In this document: positions 27,489 through 32,000 of the stretch, one piece after another
Layout: each line of letters opens with the position of its first letter
Position numbering within the stretch: the first letter of the stretch is position 1
NCBI RefSeq assembly: GCF_000012925.1
Contig: NC_007517.1
Span: 1,770,001-1,802,000, forward strand
Direction: 5' to 3'
Length of the DNA: 32,000 nucleotides
Source: Geobacter metallireducens GS-15
GTDB taxonomy: Bacteria > Desulfobacterota > Desulfuromonadia > Geobacterales > Geobacteraceae
The notes under the pieces: generated by a model
Told to the model about the DNA's origin: nothing
The model's input: only the letters and a program-made list of their open reading frames with translations
Database searches by the model: none
Position numbers and translations under genes: made by a program

Positions 27489-28100
27489 ATGCTCCTTGAC
27501 ATTAACCCCCAGAATCCTCAACCGAGACTCGTCGCACAGGTGGTCAAAATCCTCAAGGATGGCGGCATCATTGCCTATCCGACTGACACGACCTATGGTA
27601 TCGGTTGCAGTATTTTCAGCAAGAAGGGGATCGAGCGGATCTACCTCCTTAAGCAGCGCGAGAAGAAGAAGCCATTCTCCTTCATCTGTTCCGACCTGTC
27701 CGAGGTGGCGCGCTACGCCAAGGTCAGCAATTATGCTTATAAGATGCTCAAGCGTCATCTTCCCGGTCCTTATACTTTTGTCCTTGATGCCACCAGCATT
27801 GTTCCTGATCTTCTTGTGACCAAACAGAAAACCGTTGGAATCAGGATTCCGGACAACCGGATCTGTCTTTCACTGGTAAAAGAACTCGGCCATCCGATTA
27901 TCACTACAAGCGCCAACCTTTCCGGTGAAGAGCCCATCGGCGATCCTTACCTTGTCGATCTCAACATGGGCAAACAGCTTGATGTTGTCGTCGATGGAGG
28001 GATTCTGTCCGCCGACGTCAGCTCCGTGGTAAGCCTCATCGGTGACTATCCACAGGTGCTTCGTCAAGGTGTGGGCGATGTGAGTTGGTGTGAGGGATAA
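27489..28100 (+). CDS. tsaC: L-threonylcarbamoyladenylate synthase, single YrdC domain
   Basis: Contains YPTDTTYGIG, KKKPFSFICSD, LPGPYTFVL and TSANLSGE. Confidence 0.88.
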   Translation: MLLDINPQNPQPRLVAQVVKILKDGGIIAYPTDTTYGIGCSIFSKKGIERIYLLKQREKKKPFSFICSDLSEVARYAKVSNYAYKMLKRHLPGPYTFVLDATSIVPDLLVTKQKTVGIRIPDNRICLSLVKELGHPIITTSANLSGEEPIGDPYLVDLNMGKQLDVVVDGGILSADVSSVVSLIGDYPQVLRQGVGDVSWCEG

Positions 28101-28177
28101 TTGGGAGAGCCTGCCCGGGAATGACAGAGCCAAATTGCTTGCAAATACACCAATAATAGGGTATGAGAAATCGACGG

Positions 28178-28202
28178 CCGCCTGAAAGGGCGGTTTTCTT
28201 TA
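28178..28202 (+). terminator. Short intrinsic terminator after tsaC
   Basis: CCGCC-tgaaag-GGCGG followed by TTTTCTTTAT. The stem is short. Confidence 0.5.
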
Positions 28203-28215
28203 TGGCTCATTTCGC

Positions 28216-28243
28216 TTGACAATGCGTAGCAGTTCTCTATACT
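28216..28243 (+). promoter_or_regulatory. Promoter of the yceD-rpmF-plsX-fabHD operon (TTGACA-N16-TATACT)
   Basis: Near-consensus hexamers at 28216-28221 and 28238-28243. Confidence 0.6.
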
Positions 28244-28273
28244 GATGGGCTTCTAGTGATAGGTCGATTGCTA

Positions 28274-28813
28274 ATGAAAATCAGAGTAGATGACATAACT
28301 GATCAGCCAAAGATTCTCTCTTTTCAGGAGCCTAGCGAAGCATTTCCGTCACTGGCGGAACTTCAGGCAACGGGCGAGAGCGAATTCCTCTCTCCTCTCA
28401 TGGTGGAGCTGGCGGTTTCAAAAGAATACGGGCACATTCGGGTCAAGGGGAGTGTAGCGGTTAAGATCCGTTTTGTCTGCTCCCGGTGTCTCGTGCCGTT
28501 TGATGCGGATATTTCTTCAGCTTTTACAATGTTTTACTCCGAAGGTAGTCGGATTGATTCTGACGAGGATGAAATAGAGCTCGCTGAAGAGGATCTCGTT
28601 TCGGTTTTTTATGAAGGCGACGAGATCGATTTCGCTCCGGAGATAGCTGAGCAGGTCATCATGGAGTTGCCGCTCAAGCCCCTCTGTGGCGAGGGGTGTA
28701 AGGGACTCTGCGTCACGTGTGGCGCTGACCTTAATGAAGGTGAGTGTGGTTGCGAGCGTACTACGTTCAATGTCAAGTTTAGTGCGCTCAAGAATTTTAA
28801 GGTAGAAAAGTAA
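28274..28813 (+). CDS. yceD: YceD/DUF177 family protein (large-subunit ribosome assembly-associated)
   Basis: Position before rpmF. Cys motifs CSRCL and [22 protein letters not shown] 28274 preferred over GTG 28256. Confidence 0.85.
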   Translation: MKIRVDDITDQPKILSFQEPSEAFPSLAELQATGESEFLSPLMVELAVSKEYGHIRVKGSVAVKIRFVCSRCLVPFDADISSAFTMFYSEGSRIDSDEDEIELAEEDLVSVFYEGDEIDFAPEIAEQVIMELPLKPLCGEGCKGLCVTCGADLNEGECGCERTTFNVKFSALKNFKVEK

Positions 28814-28826
28814 AAGGAGAAATATC

Positions 28827-29009
28827 ATGGCAGTACCTAAGAAGAAAACGTCGAAATCCCGCAAAAACATGAGAAGGGCACACGATTTCCTTACTCCGCC
28901 GGCCGCTTCGGTCTGCCCCCAGTGCAAAGCGCCGAAGCTCCCCCACCGCGCATGCTCCTCATGCGGTACCTACAAGGGCAAAGAAGTCATCAAGAGCGAA
29001 GAGATTTAA
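28827..29009 (+). CDS. rpmF: 50S ribosomal protein L32 (zinc-ribbon form)
   Basis: [19 protein letters not shown] with CPQC...CSSCG. Confidence 0.95.
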   Translation: MAVPKKKTSKSRKNMRRAHDFLTPPAASVCPQCKAPKLPHRACSSCGTYKGKEVIKSEEI

Positions 29010-29051
29010 TAGCTCCTTGTCTGGCCTGACTCATCATTGTCCAGGGGTATC

Positions 29052-30089
29052 ATGAGAGTAGCGGTTGATGCAATGGGGGGCGACAACGCTCCTTCGGTTG
29101 AGGTTGAGGGGGCTGTTGTTGCCGCACGGGAATTTGGCATTCCCATCACCCTTGTCGGTGACACGGAGCGGTTACGTCAGGAATTGGGCAAGCACAACGT
29201 CCAGGGCCTAGATATACTACTTCACCATGCCAGCGAAGTGGTAGGTATGCACGATGCTGCCTCCGATGCCGTTCGCCGCAAGAAGGATTCGTCAGTCCGT
29301 GTTGCTTTTGAGCTTCTCAAGACCGGTGCTGCCGATGCTGTTGTGAGTGCCGGCAATTCCGGTGCTACAATGGCGGCCGGCATGTTTGTCCTTAAGCGGC
29401 TCAAGGGGATAGACCGGCCTGCAATAGCCCAAATATTTCCTACATTGCGTGGCAAGACCCTTGTTCTGGATGTCGGCGGTAATGTTGACTGCAAGCCGAT
29501 ACACCTTGTTCAGTTCGCCATAATGGGTGAAGTGTACGCTCGTCACGTCATGGGTGTTGAACAGCCCCGCGTCGGGCTCCTTTCTAATGGCGAAGAGGAT
29601 AGCAAGGGGAATGAACTCACCCGCGAAACCAATTCCATCCTGAAAAACATTTCCTTCGATTACATTGGTTATGTGGAAGGCCGTGACATTTTTAATGGAG
29701 TTGTTGATGTGGTGGTTTGCGACGGATTTGTTGGCAACGTCGTCCTGAAGCTATCGGAAGGGCTTGCTGAAGCCGTGGGGAAGATGCTCAAAGACGAAAT
29801 CAAGCAGAGTTTCCTTTCCAAGCTTGGCTATCTGTTTTCCCGCAAGGCATTTTCAAATTTCAAGAAAAAGGTAGATTACGCTGAATATGGTGGCGCACCT
29901 CTTCTGGGGATAAATGGGGTTGCCATGATTTGTCATGGTGGCTCAAACGTCAAGGCAATAAAAAACGCTATTGTGTTTGCCAATGACTATGTCAGAAAGG
30001 GAGTGAATCAGCGGCTCGCAGAGAAGTTGGAGACTGAGTTCACCATGTATATGCAGCAGGGCAACGTCCGGGAGTCGGTTGCCGGCTGA
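29052..30089 (+). CDS. plsX: Phosphate acyltransferase PlsX
   Basis: [15 protein letters not shown]-terminus. ATG 29052 with GGGG upstream; the track start is TTG 29037. Confidence 0.93.
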
Positions 30090-30101
30090 GGGGGCATGGT
30101 A

Positions 30102-31082
30102 ATGGCCAGAGCGAGAATTATCGGCACAGGTTCGGCCGTGCCTGAGATGATACGGACTAATTTCGACCTGGAAAAGATGGTCGACACCACCGACGACTGG
30201 ATTACCACCAGGACTGGCATCAGGGAGCGGCGCATCGCTGCTGAAGGCGAATATACTTCAACTTTCGCAACCCGTGCGGCTGAGCGGGCTCTCGAGATGG
30301 CTGGTGTTACTGCTGAAGAAATTGATCTCCTCATTGTTGCGACCGTCACCCCAGATTTTCCCTTTCCATCTACCGCATGCATAGTTCAGAGCAATATCGG
30401 AGCGAAAAGGGCCGCTGCGTTTGATGTCTCCGCTGCCTGTTCGGGGTTTCTCTATGGACTCTCGTTGGCGGACAATGCCATTCGGTCTGGGGGGGCAAGT
30501 AAAGCTCTCATCATCGGCGCCGAGGTTCTGAGCCGAGTTATTGACTGGACCGACAGAAATACCTGCCTTCTTTTCGGTGACGGTTCCGGGGCCGTAGTGG
30601 TTGAAGCATGCGAAAGTGAACAGGGAGTTCTTTCAACGCACCTGCATAGCGACGGTTCCTATTGGGAACTCCTTTATCAGCCCGGTTGCGGCAATCGAAA
30701 CCCCGCCGTTCAGAAGACCCTGGATGAGAGGAAGAACTTTCTCCGAATGCAGGGGAATGAGGTGTTCAAGCTTGCCGTGCGGGCTATGGAAGACGCTGCC
30801 CTTCAAGCACTGGAAAAGAATGGCCTCACTCCCTCGGATATCAGTATTTTTATACCCCACCAGGCTAATCGTAGAATCATCGATGCCATCGGCAAGCGTC
30901 TTGGTTTAAGCGATGACAAAGTCTACGTTAATCTTGATCGATATGGAAACACCTCTTCTGCTTCAATCCCGCTTGCGCTTGATGAAGCCAACCGTGGTGG
31001 GCGGATAAACGAGGGGGATATTGTCCTCTTTGATGCCTTCGGCGGTGGCCTCACGTGGGCCTCTGTTCTGCTGCGCTGGTAA
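30102..31082 (+). CDS. fabH: 3-oxoacyl-ACP synthase III
   Basis: IIGTGSAVPE, active-site AACSGF, HQAN and GNTSSASIP. ATG 30102 is better spaced from GAGGGGG than ATG 30096. Confidence 0.93.
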   Translation: MARARIIGTGSAVPEMIRTNFDLEKMVDTTDDWITTRTGIRERRIAAEGEYTSTFATRAAERALEMAGVTAEEIDLLIVATVTPDFPFPSTACIVQSNIGAKRAAAFDVSAACSGFLYGLSLADNAIRSGGASKALIIGAEVLSRVIDWTDRNTCLLFGDGSGAVVVEACESEQGVLSTHLHSDGSYWELLYQPGCGNRNPAVQKTLDERKNFLRMQGNEVFKLAVRAMEDAALQALEKNGLTPSDISIFIPHQANRRIIDAIGKRLGLSDDKVYVNLDRYGNTSSASIPLALDEANRGGRINEGDIVLFDAFGGGLTWASVLLRW

Positions 31083-31105
31083 TCTCTCTCCCAAAAGGAA
31101 CTGCT

Positions 31106-32000
31106 ATGAGTAGACGAGCATTCATATTCCCCGGCCAGGGTTCGCAATATCCCGGCATGGGAAAGGATCTTGCGGATAACTTCGCACTAGCCCGGAAGAC
31201 ATTCGAGGAGGCTGATGACGCCCTTGGGGACAACTTGTCTCGCCTCTGTTTCGATGGTCCCGAAGACCAATTGAAGCTCACCGCCAACACGCAGCCCTCT
31301 ATCCTCACCGTTAGTGTGGCTGCCCTGCGGGTCCTTCAAGAGGAGACCGGCTTGAGTGCACAGTATTTTGCCGGTCACTCTCTTGGAGAGTATTCCGCAT
31401 TGGTGGCTGCCGGCGTCATTCAGTTCGCAGACGCGGTTAGAACGGTTCGTGCTCGCGGGACCTTTATGCAGGAGGCTGTGCCTGTCGGCGTTGGAGCCAT
31501 GGCAGCCATGTTGAGTATCGAGCCCGACGTCCTTGCCGCTATCTGCGCTGAGGCTGCCCAAGGCGAAGAGGTCTCCCCTGCCAACTTCAATTCGCCTGGA
31601 CAGATTGTCATTGCAGGCCACACGGGGGCCGTCAATCGGGCCATAGAGATTGCCAAAGCCAAGGGGTTCCGCAAAGCGATGCTCCTTCCTGTAAGTGCCC
31701 CCTTCCATTCGAGCCTCATGGTGCCTGCCGGTGAAAGGCTTGCCGGCGTCCTTGCCCCAATTACTGTTGGTGCATTCAGTGCGCCCGTGGTGACGAACGT
31801 GGAGGCTAAACCCAATGACGACAAAGCACGGGTGAAAGAGCTTCTTGTTCGTCAGGTGAGTGCTCCGGTTCTCTGGGATGCATCGGTACGCGAAATGGTG
31901 GCTCTTGGTGTTACGGAGTTCGTGGAGGTTGGCCCGGGCAAGGTTCTGTCGGGTCTGGTCAAGAGGATTGACAAAGGAGTGTCCACGAAGAATGTTGAAG
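31106..32000 (+). CDS. fabD: Malonyl-CoA:ACP transacylase (3'-truncated by the window end)
   Basis: Not in the ORF track because no stop is reached. My translation gives MSRRAFIFPGQGSQYPGMG...GHSLGEYSALV...VSAPFHS. Confidence 0.93.
   Translation, partial: MSRRAFIFPGQGSQYPGMGKDLADNFALARKTFEEADDALGDNLSRLCFDGPEDQLKLTANTQPSILTVSVAALRVLQEETGLSAQYFAGHSLGEYSALVAAGVIQFADAVRTVRARGTFMQEAVPVGVGAMAAMLSIEPDVLAAICAEAAQGEEVSPANFNSPGQIVIAGHTGAVNRAIEIAKAKGFRKAMLLPVSAPFHSSLMVPAGERLAGVLAPITVGAFSAPVVTNVEAKPNDDKARVKELLVRQVSAPVLWDASVREMVALGVTEFVEVGPGKVLSGLVKRIDKGVSTKNVE

Noticed and set aside
28136-28166. TTGCAA-N17-TATGAG promoter-like match after tsaC
   Set aside because: It lies upstream of the tsaC terminator hairpin, with nothing to transcribe before it. 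The near-consensus TTGACA-N16-TATACT at 28216-28243 is the better operon promoter.

Overview
This is a 32-kb stretch of a GC-rich bacterial chromosome, roughly 55-60 percent GC by eye. It is almost fully coding, and nearly every gene is a recognisable housekeeping gene. Gene content and order look Desulfuromonadales/Geobacter-like, but that is inference only.

Gene order, left to right:
1. A translationally coupled sulfur-carrier operon: the tail of a MetY-like enzyme, a ThiS-like carrier ending GGGK, a ThiF/MoeB E1, a JAMM protease, a small ferredoxin-containing sulfite reductase and TusA.
2. An AT-rich, roughly 0.9-kb non-coding gap holding tRNA-Val(CAC) on the minus strand.
3. A B12-handling operon: crotonase, CobO adenosyltransferase, mutase B12-binding small subunit, a second atypical crotonase and MeaB.
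4. A LysM/YkuD L,D-transpeptidase.
5. An 880-aa DHH-CBS-poly(A) polymerase/CCA-type nucleotidyltransferase fusion.
6. A small secreted glycine-zipper protein.
7. bioB-bioD-bioA on the minus strand.
8. rimP-nusA-(ylxR/L7Ae fusion)-infB-rbfA-(DHH NrnA-like)-truB.
9. rpsO-pnp.
10. An M16 peptidase, dut, an M29 aminopeptidase and tsaC.
11. yceD-rpmF-plsX-fabH-fabD, with fabD running off the 3' end.

I found no rRNA, CRISPR array, transposase or integrase.

The only part not explained by ordinary annotation is the AT-rich gap at 2705-3600. It has four notable properties:
- It is bracketed by a roughly 60-bp imperfect direct repeat made of the tRNA-Val 3' end plus its terminator.
- It contains five scattered copies of an 11-mer taken from the tRNA-Val anticodon-stem/variable-loop region.
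- It carries three 11-bp-phased TGGGCAC repeats abutting a good minus-strand promoter, which would drive an orphan transcript of about 380 nt.
- It holds two tiny back-to-back ORFs, one an 18-aa hydrophobic peptide.

I read this gap as a decayed integration scar that now hosts a regulated small RNA or small peptide locus. That reading is unproven. Everything else is conventional, apart from some domain-architecture and leader-structure points listed in the findings.
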